Of a stretch of DNA of 64,000 bases, positions 12,081-24,175 are shown in pieces. The stretch's first letter is position 1. Every line of letters starts with the position of its first letter. Made by a program: the position numbers and the translations under genes. Source of the DNA: Okeania sp. SIO2F5 (lineage in GTDB: Bacteria > Cyanobacteriota > Cyanobacteriia > Cyanobacteriales > Microcoleaceae); contig NZ_JAAHGU010000008.1 in assembly GCF_010692685.1 (NCBI RefSeq), positions 41,619-105,618 of the forward strand, read 5' to 3'. The notes beneath the pieces were generated by a model. The model did not search any database and was not told where the DNA came from. It saw only the letters and a list, made by a program, of their open reading frames with translations.

Positions 12081-13286
12081 TCAATTCACAGCAACCAACT
12101 TCATTGCCAAAATTTTATTAATAGTATCTTCAACAGCTTTATCTGGGGTTGAAGCACCAGAAGTCACACCCACAACTACCTCACCTTCAGGCAGCCAACC
12201 TGCGGATATTTTCACCTCATTTCCTAAAGGTTTATGTTCAATTCTATTCCCAGATAAAATCCTGTTAGCACCATCAATATGATAGGAAGGAATGCCATTT
12301 TCTATTGCCATTTCCTGTAAATGAGTAGTATTAGAAGAATTAAAACCTCCTATTACTACCATTAAATCTAACTTTTCATCGAATAAACCCGCCATTGCAT
12401 CTTGCCGTTCTTGAGTCGCGTCGCAGATAGTATTAAAATTTTGATAATGCTCATTTAATTTATCTGGTCCGTACTTTTTCATCATTGTTCGTTCTAGCAA
12501 CTTTCCTATTAGCTCAGTTTCACTTTTCAGCATAGTAGTCTGATTAGCAATACCAATTTGTTCTAAATCTAAATCCGGATCGAAACCTTCAGAATGAGCT
12601 AGTTTAAACTTATCCATAAACTCATCACGGTTGCCACCATTGAGAATATAATTAGAGACATATTCTGCCTGCGATCTATTCAGAACTATCAAATATTTAT
12701 CAGCAAAAGAGCTAGTAGCTATAGTTTCTGCATGACTATATTTACCGTGAATAATAGAAGTAAATTTTTTCTTTTTATGTTTTTCTACGCTATTCCAAAC
12801 TTTAGAAACCCAAGGGCAAGTAGTATCAACAATTTGGCAATTTTTATCCTTTAATATTTGCATTTCCTGAATACTTGCACCAAAAGCAGGTAATATTACA
12901 ACATCATTATCTCCAACTACAGAAAAATCTTTTTTACCATCAATTACAGGGATAAATTTAACTTTCATATCCCTCATATCTTGATTAACAGAAGGATTAT
13001 GAATTAGTTCATAAGTAATCCAAATTTGTTGGTTAGGAAAATGTTGACGAGTTTCATAAGCTATTGCTACTGACCTTTCAACACCCCAACAAAAACCAAA
13101 AGCTTTTGCGAGTTTGATAGTAACATCCCCTTTTTGCAGGGTATAATCATTATCTCTAATTTGTTGGATTAAGTTACTTTGATAAACAGACTGCATAACT
13201 GTGGCAACTTCTTCCCCATGACCAAACCCTTTGCGGTTATAATTCTCAGATTTTTTTAGTGCTCTGGTAAAAGCTTTTGTATCCAT
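12081..13286 (-). CDS. ispH: 4-hydroxy-3-methylbut-2-enyl diphosphate reductase. The start is probably MDTKAFT.
   Basis: LytB signature [10 protein letters not shown]. Length is consistent with cyanobacterial IspH. Confidence 0.8.
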   Translation of the reverse strand: MDTKAFTRALKKSENYNRKGFGHGEEVATVMQSVYQSNLIQQIRDNDYTLQKGDVTIKLAKAFGFCWGVERSVAIAYETRQHFPNQQIWITYELIHNPSVNQDMRDMKVKFIPVIDGKKDFSVVGDNDVVILPAFGASIQEMQILKDKNCQIVDTTCPWVSKVWNSVEKHKKKKFTSIIHGKYSHAETIATSSFADKYLIVLNRSQAEYVSNYILNGGNRDEFMDKFKLAHSEGFDPDLDLEQIGIANQTTMLKSETELIGKLLERTMMKKYGPDKLNEHYQNFNTICDATQERQDAMAGLFDEKLDLMVVIGGFNSSNTTHLQEMAIENGIPSYHIDGANRILSGNRIEHKPLGNEVKISAGWLPEGEVVVGVTSGASTPDKAVEDTINKILAMKLVAVN

Positions 13287-14282
13287 GATTATTTTCAACC
13301 CTTGATAAATCTCTTTTATCTTATAGCAATTAGTACTTATAGCGTTACGGGTAGGGAGCAAGAACTAGGAAAGAGGAAGCAGGAATGATAGAGAAAAAAA
13401 TGTTTTGATCTCTAATTAAGCAGACATGGTATAAATTACACATAAACTGGGAAGTCGATGGGCAGAAATAAATATAATATGTTCCTAGTTTAGGAGATTT
13501 TATAACTACCTAATACCGGAAATAAAATTGGTATGATTTTCTGAATATTCCACATTCCACATATGAGTATAATCAAGTATTACAAAAACTGGTAAACCGC
13601 TAATTATTTCTATCAAAGTCAAAAAAAATAGTTACCGAAAAATTCAGTTTAAAGCTTCCCCATTTTAGGGTGTAATTTGTGTTTTGATATAAAAAGTGGA
13701 AAGTTATCCAAGCACTTTGAGAACTAAAATTATGGAGTTTTGCATAAAAAGGCTTATGTTATAGAAAAACTCTTTACCTTAAAATAATGGCCTAAAATCC
13801 CCGATTTTAAGGGTATAAAAAGCTGTCGATCTTCGGAGCTTCCTGTAGGGTAGGATGGCTAGGAAACCTGCTCTTGCAGAGCCACTCCGCTAACGCCATA
13901 TCCAATCGACCAAGAGAAAGAATATTTCAGATTTCAAGCCTCTTGTTTCAGCTAGATGTACTGATAACTGATAACTGATAACTGAAATTACTTATACCAA
14001 CTCTCAAAAGTAATGCTTTACTTAAGTAAAACTTCAGTTATTAAATAATTAATACAGACAAAATCCATTTTTGCTAATTAGCAGCTCAGTTAATATTAAT
14101 TATTTTTATGTTTACTCTGTAGGGACGTTACATGCAACGTCCCTACTCCCCCACTCAATAAAATGTAGAAAAGTTTTTGAGAAATGGTATTACATAGAAT
14201 CCGGTTATACAGTATATGTTTATAATTCTATCCACACTTCAATATTAAATCTCCCCCTAACCCCATATTCCCGTCCTGGGAG

Positions 14283-14602
<320 letters not shown>

Positions 14603-14664
14603 TAGGGGTTGGTCCCCATATCCCCACCCCCAAATATATGATAAGTATTCAACCGGATTTAATA

Positions 14665-15528
14665 TTACTGGGGTTCTTCTAATCTCATTTTGCTATACAT
14701 TTGGATCGCCGTACTCCAAATTTGATAACCATTATCATTTAGATGCAGACCATCGGTACTAAGATCCCCTCGGAGAAAACCTTGAGAGTCTGTAAATAGT
14801 GGGTGAAGATTTAAAAAAAATGCTCCTTCATCATCAGCTAACGCTTTTAGGTTACGATTTATTCTTCTGATGCGACTATTAGGTAGTTGTAAAAGATAAT
14901 CGCGACCTTCCCAGATAGCCGCCTCTCCACTATGGGGTAAAATAGATTGGATAACTATTTGACTCCCAGGATGAATGTATCGTAATTCGTTAATAATTCT
15001 TCTTTGATTTGCTAAAATCGCCCAATCGCTTTCTCCATGAATTAAATCATTAATACCAATCATCACAAAAATTGTTTCTGGCCTCGTACTATCAAATAAA
15101 TAAAGTCGCTTCAATAGGCCAGACGAAGTTTCTCCAGAAATTCCTTGATTTAACCAGGTTCTATCTCTAGGGAGAAGTTGCGATGGAAACCAAAGACTCA
15201 AAGAATCTCCCACCATAACAGTTAGACGATCAGGACGATTTTTAGCTGCAGCGATCGCCTCTCGCTGTAACTGTTCTACCCATTGTGCATAAGTCCATTT
15301 ATGGTTTCTGCCAATAGCCAGAAGCTCTTTCCTCGCTTCCCCAAATAGTGGACTTGGTCTATTAGTTCTAATCCTATCAGTAGCATAGTTGATTGTAGCA
15401 TTTGCTTGAGGCTCTTCTGACAATTTGTAGTCATTCATAACTAAAGTGGCCACTGTTAATAACAGTAGCCCGTTAGCAGCTAAAGAACACCAAGCCCAAG
15501 TTGGAACATTTTTAGATAAAGTAAACAC
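14665..15528 (-). CDS. SGNH/GDSL-family hydrolase with an N-terminal TM anchor.
   Basis: GDSLS block (VMVGDSLSLWF), a GINDL block and a DGLHLN block. Confidence 0.7.
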   Translation of the reverse strand: MFTLSKNVPTWAWCSLAANGLLLLTVATLVMNDYKLSEEPQANATINYATDRIRTNRPSPLFGEARKELLAIGRNHKWTYAQWVEQLQREAIAAAKNRPDRLTVMVGDSLSLWFPSQLLPRDRTWLNQGISGETSSGLLKRLYLFDSTRPETIFVMIGINDLIHGESDWAILANQRRIINELRYIHPGSQIVIQSILPHSGEAAIWEGRDYLLQLPNSRIRRINRNLKALADDEGAFFLNLHPLFTDSQGFLRGDLSTDGLHLNDNGYQIWSTAIQMYSKMRLEEPQ

Positions 15529-15605
15529 CGTAGCTGAATTAAATTAGTCTCCGATACTGAAGTAACTGATTTATGGCTATGGCTATTTTACCTAGAATTT
15601 TCCCA

Positions 15606-17063
15606 TTAGTGTTTTTGCACTATGCCAGTACCAAGGGCATCAGGTTCCTTCATAAACCCTGTATAAGCTTCCATACCATGTTCAGCAATATCCAAGCCTT
15701 CAAATTCTTGTTCTCCATGGACACGAATACCTGTAGTAGCTTTCAAAGCCAGCCAGAAGATAGTACTCATAATCACTGTAAACAATCCTACAGAGATAAT
15801 ACCTATGGCCTGAGTCAAAATATTAGCATCTTCAACGAAAATACCAACAGCTAAAGTACCCCAGATTCCACAGACTAAGTGAACTGATGTGGCACCTACT
15901 GGGTCATCAACTTTCAACTGGTCAAACAAAGGTACAGAAAACACAACAATGATGCCAGCAACAGCACCGATAATTACTGCCTCTAAATAAGATACGCCAT
16001 TACAACCTGCTGTAATACCTACCAGTCCAGCTAAAACGCCGTTAATAATCATTGAAAGGTCTGGCTTACCATCTTTCAACCAAGATGTAATAGTTGCGGT
16101 AGCTCCCCCTGCTGCTGCTGCTAAATTTGTAGTTACGGCGATATAGGCCACATTTTCGTTTGCTGCTAGTTCTGAACCAGGGTTAAAGCCAAACCAGCCG
16201 ATCCACAGAATTAAACAGCCCAAGGTAGCAAAACCCATATTATGACCAGGAATAGCTCTCGGTTGGTCATCCTCATCATATTTGCCCATTCTTGGCCCTA
16301 AAATATATGCTCCGACCAGTGCTGCCCAACCACCCACTGAGTGGACTGCTGTTGAACCGGCAAAATCACCGAAGCCCATTTCAGCTAGCCAACCACCACC
16401 CCAGATCCAATGTCCGGTAATGGGGTATGAAATACCTGTGATTAACAAGCTAAAGAATAAAAAGGCACTAAATTCAATCCTTTCAGCTACAGCGCCAGAA
16501 ACAATGGTGGCTGCCGTAGCGGCAAAAGCTGCTTGGAATAGAAAAAATACAGGCAATGGTAAACCAGAAGGAAATGGGTCTAGTCCGTAGCTAGTAGCTT
16601 CCCCAGTTAGGAAAAAACCACCCCCACCAATGAAGGGATGGTCCCCAGCAAACATTATGGAAAATCCTATAGACCAATAAACTAATGTAGCTAAGGCAAA
16701 TACAATTAGGTTTTTTGCTAAAATATTAACTGCATTTTTATGACGACAAAAACCTGTTTCTAACATTCCGAAACCAGCATTCATAAAAATCACAAATATT
16801 GAAGCTACCAAAATCCATATTGAGTCTAATACCCCTTTGACATACTCTGGGGTTAATTCTTGGTCTTGAGCTGTGGCAGCTCCTGCCCATAACGCAATAA
16901 TTATGAATACTAGGGGTATGCAGGCTAATGTCGCAGGGGAAAACCATCTTGTCCGATCTAACCTGTTTATCAGTGCTGTCGGTTCTAAGAAACTGCTATA
17001 TCTTGCTGATAATAACTGTTTCTTTTTTGTTCTATTGTTCTTGAACTTTACTTTAGATTTCAT
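15606..17063 (-). CDS. amt: Ammonium transporter.
   Basis: Amt/MEP signature regions ([33 protein letters not shown]) and ~11 TM helices. Confidence 0.9.
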   Translation of the reverse strand: MKSKVKFKNNRTKKKQLLSARYSSFLEPTALINRLDRTRWFSPATLACIPLVFIIIALWAGAATAQDQELTPEYVKGVLDSIWILVASIFVIFMNAGFGMLETGFCRHKNAVNILAKNLIVFALATLVYWSIGFSIMFAGDHPFIGGGGFFLTGEATSYGLDPFPSGLPLPVFFLFQAAFAATAATIVSGAVAERIEFSAFLFFSLLITGISYPITGHWIWGGGWLAEMGFGDFAGSTAVHSVGGWAALVGAYILGPRMGKYDEDDQPRAIPGHNMGFATLGCLILWIGWFGFNPGSELAANENVAYIAVTTNLAAAAGGATATITSWLKDGKPDLSMIINGVLAGLVGITAGCNGVSYLEAVIIGAVAGIIVVFSVPLFDQLKVDDPVGATSVHLVCGIWGTLAVGIFVEDANILTQAIGIISVGLFTVIMSTIFWLALKATTGIRVHGEQEFEGLDIAEHGMEAYTGFMKEPDALGTGIVQKH

Positions 17064-17125
17064 TGTGAGAACTAATTAATAGTTTACAAGTGAAAATAGC
17101 GCATCAATTCTTGTATAGATTTTCT

Positions 17126-17139
17126 GTATCTCTTGCTAC
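17126..17139 (-). promoter_or_regulatory. Candidate NtcA box GTATCTCTTGCTAC (GTA-N8-TAC), 63-76 bp upstream of the amt start.
   Basis: Perfect GTAN8TAC palindrome. amt genes are classical NtcA targets in cyanobacteria. The spacing to a TAN3T-like -10 is not ideal. Confidence 0.3.
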
Positions 17140-17248
17140 TTTTATTTGATTTAGTAGCAATAGCTGTTTGAGTCTTTTCACAAAAGTCTCTGCCTGTAAC
17201 AATACCAATTATTTGTCAGATTTTTGCTCTCAAATGTTTGCAATTTAA

Positions 17249-17782
17249 TTAAATTTGTGTTAAATATTCCTGGTACCCCATTTCCTCTAATTTAGTTTGT
17301 TTGTCCATTACTGATTCAGCTAGGGTCTGACGATATTTTTGGACTCGTTCTAATAATTCTGGTTGGTGGGATGCTAATATTTGAATTGCTAATAAACCAG
17401 CATTTTTAGCATTGCCGATCGCTACTGTGGCTACTGGTATTCCTCTTGGCATTTGTACTATAGAGTATAGGGAGTCTATACCTTGTAATGTTCTGGTTTG
17501 TACAGGGACACCAATTACCGGTAGTGGCGTTAAAGATGCGACCATCCCTGGTAAATGTGCTGCACCACCCGCTCCGGCAATTATGACTTTTAATCCTCTT
17601 TGATGGGCAGTTTGGGCATATTCAAACATTCTCTGGGGCGTGCGGTGGGCAGAGACAATGGCGACTTCTGAGGGGACTTCAAATTCTTCACAGATAGCGA
17701 TCGCTTCTTTCATTGTGGGCAAGTCTGAGTCACTGCCCATAATAATTCCGATGATTGGGTTCATATTTATAGGAGTTTTCAT
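17249..17782 (-). CDS. purE: N5-carboxyaminoimidazole ribonucleotide mutase.
   Basis: [15 protein letters not shown] and the SAHRTP motif. Confidence 0.9.
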   Translation of the reverse strand: MKTPINMNPIIGIIMGSDSDLPTMKEAIAICEEFEVPSEVAIVSAHRTPQRMFEYAQTAHQRGLKVIIAGAGGAAHLPGMVASLTPLPVIGVPVQTRTLQGIDSLYSIVQMPRGIPVATVAIGNAKNAGLLAIQILASHQPELLERVQKYRQTLAESVMDKQTKLEEMGYQEYLTQI

Positions 17783-17872
17783 TAAAAATACAGAGATTTT
17801 AGCTTAAAGGCAGAAGGCAGAGGGCAGAGGGCAAAAGTTTTGTAGTCTACCTTTGTGAAAAGAAAATTTTTA

Positions 17873-17960
17873 TAATATCATCAGGACTTACGCAAAGGCA
17901 CTATGTATAGAGTATGATAACTATTGTCCAATAGTTGTGAGCGCTATATATAGCATATCT
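17873..17960. repeat. Family D palindromic element, with TIR CAGGACTTACGCAAA ... TCTGCGTAAGTCCTAAT.
   Basis: Inverted termini are seen directly. Related copies are at 46975-47645 and 60745-60842. Confidence 0.5.
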
Positions 17961-18100
17961 GCGTAAGTCCTAATCATGTCCGGATAATTAGCGATCAAAA
18001 AACTTTCTCCTTTTCCTCCTCTTCTTTCTTTCCTCCTGACTCCTGACTCCTAACTCCTAACTCCTGACTCCTGACTCCTGACTCTTTCATCGTTATTCCC
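17947..18100. mobile_element. MITE family B copy. The left TIR is CATGTCCGGATAATTAGCGATCAAAAAACTTTCTCC and the STRR cargo is CCTGACT/CCTAACT x7. The right end is missing or fused to the 3' end of the next gene.
   Basis: The left end is identical to the copy at 40351. No matching right TIR precedes the stop of ORF 18116-18829. Confidence 0.45.
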
Positions 18101-18115
18101 AGAAACCAGATTTTT

Positions 18116-18829
18116 TTAATCATGTTTAGAGGCTTTTCCTAATCCTAAACTACTTAATATAAATAACCCGAATAATATCGACGGTTCAGGAACTGCTTCA
18201 ATGCGATTAAAGGTTATAGGTGTGCCAAATAACAGATTACCATTACCATCAAAAATACTATCTAAAGAGTCAATACTATTAGGCTGAATAACAATATCAG
18301 AAACAACTTTACCTCCAGGAAAAGTCGTTGAACAACCTTCAGGGTCGTTAGTCCCTACATAGGTATTAGAAACAAAAGAAAGGTTGACTTCACAGTTAAA
18401 ATCATCTAAATTTGTAGCATTAATAAACTGTTCATATTCAGGGCGATCGCATAAACCAAATAAAGAAGTTTCGTTGAGGAAACGATTAATACTAATAGTA
18501 ACTTGAGAGTCATTATTACTAAAAAAAGAATACAAGCGCACCCGAAAAGGAAATCCTCCTGTTGTTTGTTCTAAATAAACAGTTTCTGTATTTTCCATCA
18601 GGTCACTGCCAATAAGTTTAACCGGACAATTTGACATTGTAATCTGAGGAATCATAGGATTATCAGCAACCTGTTTAGTATTATCAAATAAGCCAGTGAA
18701 CCATTGTGATACCTGCTCCACTTGAAATAAAATGGGAGGCATCATAGTTGCAGCATGACTTTTTTGAGCAAATGTCACACTTAAAAGTAGAGTGCTTAGA
18801 GTACAAAATTTAAGTTGATTTATCTGCAT
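18116..18829 (-). CDS. Secreted CpcT/CpeT-like (DUF1001) domain protein with a C-terminal PEP-CTERM sorting signal.
   Basis: Signal peptide (LLLSVTFAQKSHA). It has a DUF1001-like block (W.TGLFDNTKQVADNP ... VYLEQ ... PFRVRLYSF) and C-terminal VPEPS + hydrophobic stretch + KASKHD. Confidence 0.55.
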   Translation of the reverse strand: MQINQLKFCTLSTLLLSVTFAQKSHAATMMPPILFQVEQVSQWFTGLFDNTKQVADNPMIPQITMSNCPVKLIGSDLMENTETVYLEQTTGGFPFRVRLYSFFSNNDSQVTISINRFLNETSLFGLCDRPEYEQFINATNLDDFNCEVNLSFVSNTYVGTNDPEGCSTTFPGGKVVSDIVIQPNSIDSLDSIFDGNGNLLFGTPITFNRIEAVPEPSILFGLFILSSLGLGKASKHD

Positions 18830-19196
18830 TTTTCTACACTTCTTTTCATCAAAAATATCTTATTAAATTGCCACCTAGTTTAACACAGATTCTAATATTT
18901 TCCTAACTCTAATTTTTCTTAAAATTTTAATTTAATTAGGTGAGCATAAATAAACGTAATATTAAAGGGCGGGTTTTTAGAACTCGACCGCGCTGAAGTC
19001 AAAGCTTTCAGTTAAACCCACCCCTACAATTTTTTAACGTTTAATTACTGAAAAATTGTGGGTATGCGCCTCCCCTTTTAAGGGGATAATAAAGAAAAAT
19101 TTTCATGATTAGTCAATCCTCTCCTTTTTAAAGGAGAGGTAATTGTTAATAATTAATAATTAATAATTAATTGTTGAAATCTACCTACTTAAGCTC

Positions 19197-20420
19197 GTGA
19201 ATTTAACTACTAGAATTATTAACGCTAAAGTTCCTGGTTATCAAAACCTACAGCAGATTTTAATCGACTCTACTGGCAAAATTAAACAAATTATCTCTCA
19301 AACAGAAGAACTTTTACCTACCGCATCTACCACTATTGATGTTCAACAAGATTGGGTTTCTCTCGGTGGGTTTGACTTACAAATTAATGGTGCTTTAGGT
19401 TTAGCTTTTCCGGAAGTAGATGCAAATTCTACTACTAAAATACAGGAAATTTGTCAGTATTTATGGCAGCAAGGAATAGATGCTTTTTTACCCACTATTG
19501 TCACAACTTCTATAGATAATATTCAGCGATCGCTCCAAATCTTCCACAATTTTGCCTCACAACCTCAAGACCCAGAAATGGCAAAAATTTGGGGCGTTCA
19601 TTTAGAAGGTCCTTTTCTCAATCCAGAAAAGCGAGGCGCTCATCCATTGGAATATTTACTACCATTAACGCTCAAAAATGTCAAAGAAGTTTTGGGAGAG
19701 TATGCTGAGATAGTTAAAATCATTACTTTAGCTCCAGAATTAGACTCCACAGAAACAGTTATTCCCTATTTAAAAAATCTAGGAATTACAGTTAGTTTAG
19801 GGCATTCTCAAGCCACAGCAAATGAAGCAGAAAAAGCTTTTAAACTTGGAGCTTCAATGGTGACTCATGCTTTTAATGCGATGCCGAGTTTACATCATCG
19901 AAAACCAGGTTTATTAGGGGCAGCAATTACAAATTCGGATGTTATGTGTGGTTTAATTGCTGATGGTCAGCACGTCTGTTCAACAATGATAGAAATTTTG
20001 TTGAAAGCGAGTCAATATCGGCAGGGAATATTTTTGGTTAGTGATGCTTTATCGCCCTTGGGATTACCTGATGGAATTTATCCTTGGGATACTAGAGAAA
20101 TAGAAGTTAAAAATGGTACGGCAAGATTAAAAGATGGAACTTTATCAGGAACAACTTTACCTTTATTAGTTGGGGTTAATAATTTGGTGAAGTGGGGAAT
20201 TTGTGATATTGAGACGGGAATTTATTTGGCGACTATTGCACCCCGGAAGGCGTTAGGAATAGATAGTGAAATTATTGGTAAGTCTGGGAAAAATTTATTG
20301 AGATGGAGGGTAACGAAGTCAGAAGTCAGAAGTCAGAAGCGGTGCGACCCCGCGACGACACCAGTCGCAAGGGAACGCGCACCAAGAGAGTCAGAAGTTA
20401 TTTTTGTAACGAGGATTTGA
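19197..20420 (+). CDS. nagA: N-acetylglucosamine-6-phosphate deacetylase (amidohydrolase). The last ~30 codons run into an STRR/repeat insertion.
   Basis: Characteristic NagA N-terminal region and metal-binding blocks (e.g. LGHSQATANEA, VTHAFNAMP). The tail RSQKRCDPATTPVARERAPRESEV is encoded by GTCAGAA repeats. Confidence 0.75.
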   Translation: MNLTTRIINAKVPGYQNLQQILIDSTGKIKQIISQTEELLPTASTTIDVQQDWVSLGGFDLQINGALGLAFPEVDANSTTKIQEICQYLWQQGIDAFLPTIVTTSIDNIQRSLQIFHNFASQPQDPEMAKIWGVHLEGPFLNPEKRGAHPLEYLLPLTLKNVKEVLGEYAEIVKIITLAPELDSTETVIPYLKNLGITVSLGHSQATANEAEKAFKLGASMVTHAFNAMPSLHHRKPGLLGAAITNSDVMCGLIADGQHVCSTMIEILLKASQYRQGIFLVSDALSPLGLPDGIYPWDTREIEVKNGTARLKDGTLSGTTLPLLVGVNNLVKWGICDIETGIYLATIAPRKALGIDSEIIGKSGKNLLRWRVTKSEVRSQKRCDPATTPVARERAPRESEVIFVTRI

Positions 20421-20496
20421 GTTGGCAGAGAATATTTAGAGTTTGCTGAAAAAAGCAAAATGTGGGAAGTGTGGGGAGGGTGGGAAGACCGAGAAA

Positions 20497-20768
20497 GTAG
20501 TCGGAAGAATTGTTCGGGAGACTTTTTTGTTCCGGAATACTTTTGGAACGGGATACTATCCAAAGGTAAACCAGAGCATCTCAAAAAAAATCTGCTGAAA
20601 AATTTGGACAGTAACTTTTACTCCTTTATCATTACATATTGAGCACTACCAAAGTAGGAAGAATTGTTCGGGAGACTTTTCTGTTCCGGAATACTTTCGG
20701 AACGGGATGCTACGCAAAGGCAAACCAGAGCGTCTCAAAAAAAAATTTGCTGAAAGCTATCTGTAGGG
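20497..20768. repeat. Two tandem copies of a ~113-bp unit (AGTAGG(A)AGAATTGTTCGGGAGACTTTT.TGTTCCGGAATACTTT.GGAACGGGAT...) separated by ~45 bp.
   Basis: Direct alignment. Each unit has the hairpin GTTCCGGAATACTTTTGGAAC. A family D-like palindrome (GGCGAATGGC-type) follows at 20760-20850. Confidence 0.6.
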
Positions 20769-20861
20769 GGCGCAATTCGGAGCTTTACCTTAGCAAATGC
20801 CATTCGCCCCTACTAGATATGGCGCTTGGTGCGTAAGCCTTGTTAGACAAAGCAATATTTT

Positions 20862-20910
20862 TCTTCTTCCCTCTTCCCTCTTCCCTCTTCCCTCTTCCCT
20901 CTTCCTTCTC
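20862..20910. repeat. STRR heptamer array CCCTCTT x5.
   Basis: Read directly. Confidence 0.8.
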
Positions 20911-20912
20911 AA

Positions 20913-22757
20913 TTACAATTTAGTGCCACATTCAGGACAGAAATTATGAGTAACACTATTTTGTGCCCCACAATTACTACAAGTCATGAACTCCACAGCT
21001 TGTTCAAGTTGCTTGTGAATAGGTAAACCAAGCATTTGAGCATTATTCTTACCAGGTGCTATCATTGGATAACAATTCTCATCTTTAGTCACACGAACAT
21101 CCATCAACACAGGTCCATCGTGAGCCAACATTTGAGCGATCGCCTCTTTCAGCTCCTCCCGACAAGAAATCATCATACCTTTAATTCCATAAGCCTGAGC
21201 CAACATCACAAAATCAGGCATTCCCACCTCCATATTAGAAGAAGAATAGCGCTCACCAAAAAATGCCTCTTGCCATTGACGCACCATACCCTGCCAGCCA
21301 TTATTAATAATTACAGTTTTAACATTAATGCCATACTGTGCCAGAGTCCCCAACTCCTGAATATTCATTTGAATACTCGCATCACCAGCAATACAAATCA
21401 CCTCCCGGTTTGGCAGTGCCACCTTTGCCCCCATAGCAGCAGGCATCCCATAACCCATAGTCCCCAAACCTGCACTAGAGATCCATTGCCGAGGCCCATT
21501 TTTCAGAAATTGAGCAGCCCACATTTGATGCTGACCAACATCAGTTGTATAGTAAGCATCTGGAGCCATTTTGCCGATTTCGTTAATTACCTCTTGGGGT
21601 GAAATACTATCTGAATGTTGGGGGGCAACTAAAGGATAATCTTGTTTCCAGCGATTAATCTTTTCTAACCAAGGCTGAGTTTGATCGGGATTAACTAAAT
21701 CTCCTGTTTCTCGACAACGACGCAGCAAGTCTATCAAAACTTGGCGTACATCCCCAACAATAGGAACATCAGGAGTCCGGTTTTTACCTACTTCTGCCGG
21801 GTCAATATCAATATGAATTACTTTCGCATGACAAGCAAATTCGTCTAACTTTCCAGTTACCCGGTCATCAAAACGGGAACCAACAGCAATTAATAAGTCA
21901 CACTCGCTCACTGCAAAATTAGCATAGGCAGTGCCATGCATTCCTAACATTCCTACTGATAGGGGATGATGTTCATTAAAAGCACCTTTACCCATCAAAG
22001 TAGTAGTTGCAGGAATATTAAAATGTTCTGCTAATTCTTGAATTTCTGCATGAGCATCTGCGGATATGGCACCACCACCTATATATAGTAGAGGACGCCG
22101 TGCCTCTAGCATCAAATTTACAGCTTGGTTAATTTGCCGGGGGTTGCCTTTGACAGTCGGACGGTATCCAGGTAGTTTGATGGAACCTGCTTCCACGGGT
22201 TCATAGTCAAATTCTTCCAAACCTACATCTTTGGGAATGTCAATCAAGACTGGGCCAGGACGACCTGTACTAGCAATATGGAATGCCTCAGCAATAATTC
22301 CGGCCATATCCCTTGGGTCTCGGACAACATAAGAATGTTTAACAACTGGTAGAGTAATGCCATAAATGTCTGTTTCTTGAAAGGCATCAGTACCAATCAT
22401 TTTTCGGCCGACTTGGCCTGTAACTACTACCATAGGAATTGAGTCCATGTGAGCAGTAGCTATGCCTGTTACTAAATTTGTGGCTCCGGGACCAGATGTA
22501 GCAAAGCATACACCTACTTTACCAGTGGCACGGGCATATCCATCGGCGGCATGAGCCGCTCCTTGTTCGTGTCTGACTAGAATATGCTCTAGGTCTCCTG
22601 CTGCTTCTGAACGGTAAAGTTCGTCGTAAATTGGTAATATTGCACCCCCGGGATAGCCAAATATGTGTTTGACTCCATGACGCTTGAGACTATCCATTAG
22701 TGCAAAAGCACCCGTTGCTCGTTTTAGGGTAACTTTAGTTTGTAATTGCACAGGCAA
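20913..22757 (-). CDS. ilvB: Acetolactate synthase large subunit with a C-terminal ~30-aa zinc-ribbon extension ([22 protein letters not shown]).
   Basis: ThDP-enzyme N-terminus ([20 protein letters not shown]) and full-length ALS architecture. Confidence 0.9.
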   Translation of the reverse strand: MPVQLQTKVTLKRATGAFALMDSLKRHGVKHIFGYPGGAILPIYDELYRSEAAGDLEHILVRHEQGAAHAADGYARATGKVGVCFATSGPGATNLVTGIATAHMDSIPMVVVTGQVGRKMIGTDAFQETDIYGITLPVVKHSYVVRDPRDMAGIIAEAFHIASTGRPGPVLIDIPKDVGLEEFDYEPVEAGSIKLPGYRPTVKGNPRQINQAVNLMLEARRPLLYIGGGAISADAHAEIQELAEHFNIPATTTLMGKGAFNEHHPLSVGMLGMHGTAYANFAVSECDLLIAVGSRFDDRVTGKLDEFACHAKVIHIDIDPAEVGKNRTPDVPIVGDVRQVLIDLLRRCRETGDLVNPDQTQPWLEKINRWKQDYPLVAPQHSDSISPQEVINEIGKMAPDAYYTTDVGQHQMWAAQFLKNGPRQWISSAGLGTMGYGMPAAMGAKVALPNREVICIAGDASIQMNIQELGTLAQYGINVKTVIINNGWQGMVRQWQEAFFGERYSSSNMEVGMPDFVMLAQAYGIKGMMISCREELKEAIAQMLAHDGPVLMDVRVTKDENCYPMIAPGKNNAQMLGLPIHKQLEQAVEFMTCSNCGAQNSVTHNFCPECGTKL

Positions 22758-23020
22758 TTCCTCTCTAGATACTATTATGTATAGTTAAAAGTATAATTTT
22801 AATCAAAAATGAGATGTAATAAAAAGTCTTTTTTTACATAATTTATAAAAAACTTTAAGATTTTCTAACAAGAGTAATTTTTTCGGTATTTTTAAGATTT
22901 TAGAAGCCTACTCAAAAAACTGCTGAGTAAATGTATTTTTCTTAACAAATCAGGCCCACTTGGCTGCGTTCTAAAAAGATGTCATCCTGATAAACTAGTA
23001 AACTAAAAAATTAAGTGTAA

Positions 23021-23371
<351 letters not shown>

Positions 23372-24175
23372 TTTTAGAGAGAGGTTTTTTCGTGTTAGGT
23401 GATAGGTAGTTAGAAGTTACTTTGAGACTTCTGGCAAAGAAAAATTTATGATTTTTGTCTTGTCATTTATTTGATTTTCAATTTGCTTAATAGGTCTAAT
23501 AATTGAAGTGTCAAAACTTTTTTATACCTCAAAACCTAACATTTAACGTCTAGCTTTTGTTAGACCTTCTAAAAACATTTATTGTAGTTATAGCTGTAGG
23601 TTGAATTGAGGGAAAGTAGCTGAAACAAATGTGGTTTTTTTTGTTGAGTATTACTGCCGTTTTATCCAACCTACGGTATATTAATAAATACCAACATCAA
23701 TGCCAAATTATTTACTTATTTCCTTCAGACGAGCAGCATAATTTTCCAATATTTTCACTCTCTGCTCATCGGTAATCCGAACAGGTGCATATAAAATTTC
23801 TGGTGCCAATACATCAAAACCAACAAACTGCAACATTCCTCTATGAATAGGCCTTCACATACTCCCCAACCTATGCGTGGAGTAGATGTCTAATTATTAT
23901 TAAATTTAAGCAACACCCATTTCTTCCTTCTTCCTGAAATGACCTTTTGCTATAACTAGAGTTTTTGAGTGGAGCTACAGGGTAAAAGCAAAGAAAGTAT
24001 AAATATTTCTTCAAAACATATTATAAGTATAATTAACTAAAGATAAACCAGGAAAAAATTTGTTCTCCAAATGTTGATTTCTATAATAATTCATTTTTCA
24101 AAACTGAATAAAATAATAAAAGTGCAATTTTGAGTTAATTGGGATTGAAAGTTTATATTTGATACAGTTGCTAGA

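Noticed and set aside
20333-20836. Three short ORFs (83, 60, 65 aa).
   Set aside because: They span the tandem 113-bp repeat array and STRR sequence. No coding signal.
21036-21602. 188-aa plus-strand ORF.
   Set aside because: Antisense within ilvB. Low-complexity His/Ile-rich translation.
23700-23830. Minus-strand 42-aa ORF MLQFVGFDVLAPEILYAPVRITDEQRVKILENYAARLKEISK.
   Set aside because: Reads like a C-terminal gene fragment but is bounded by stops immediately upstream. Probably a remnant and cannot be assigned.
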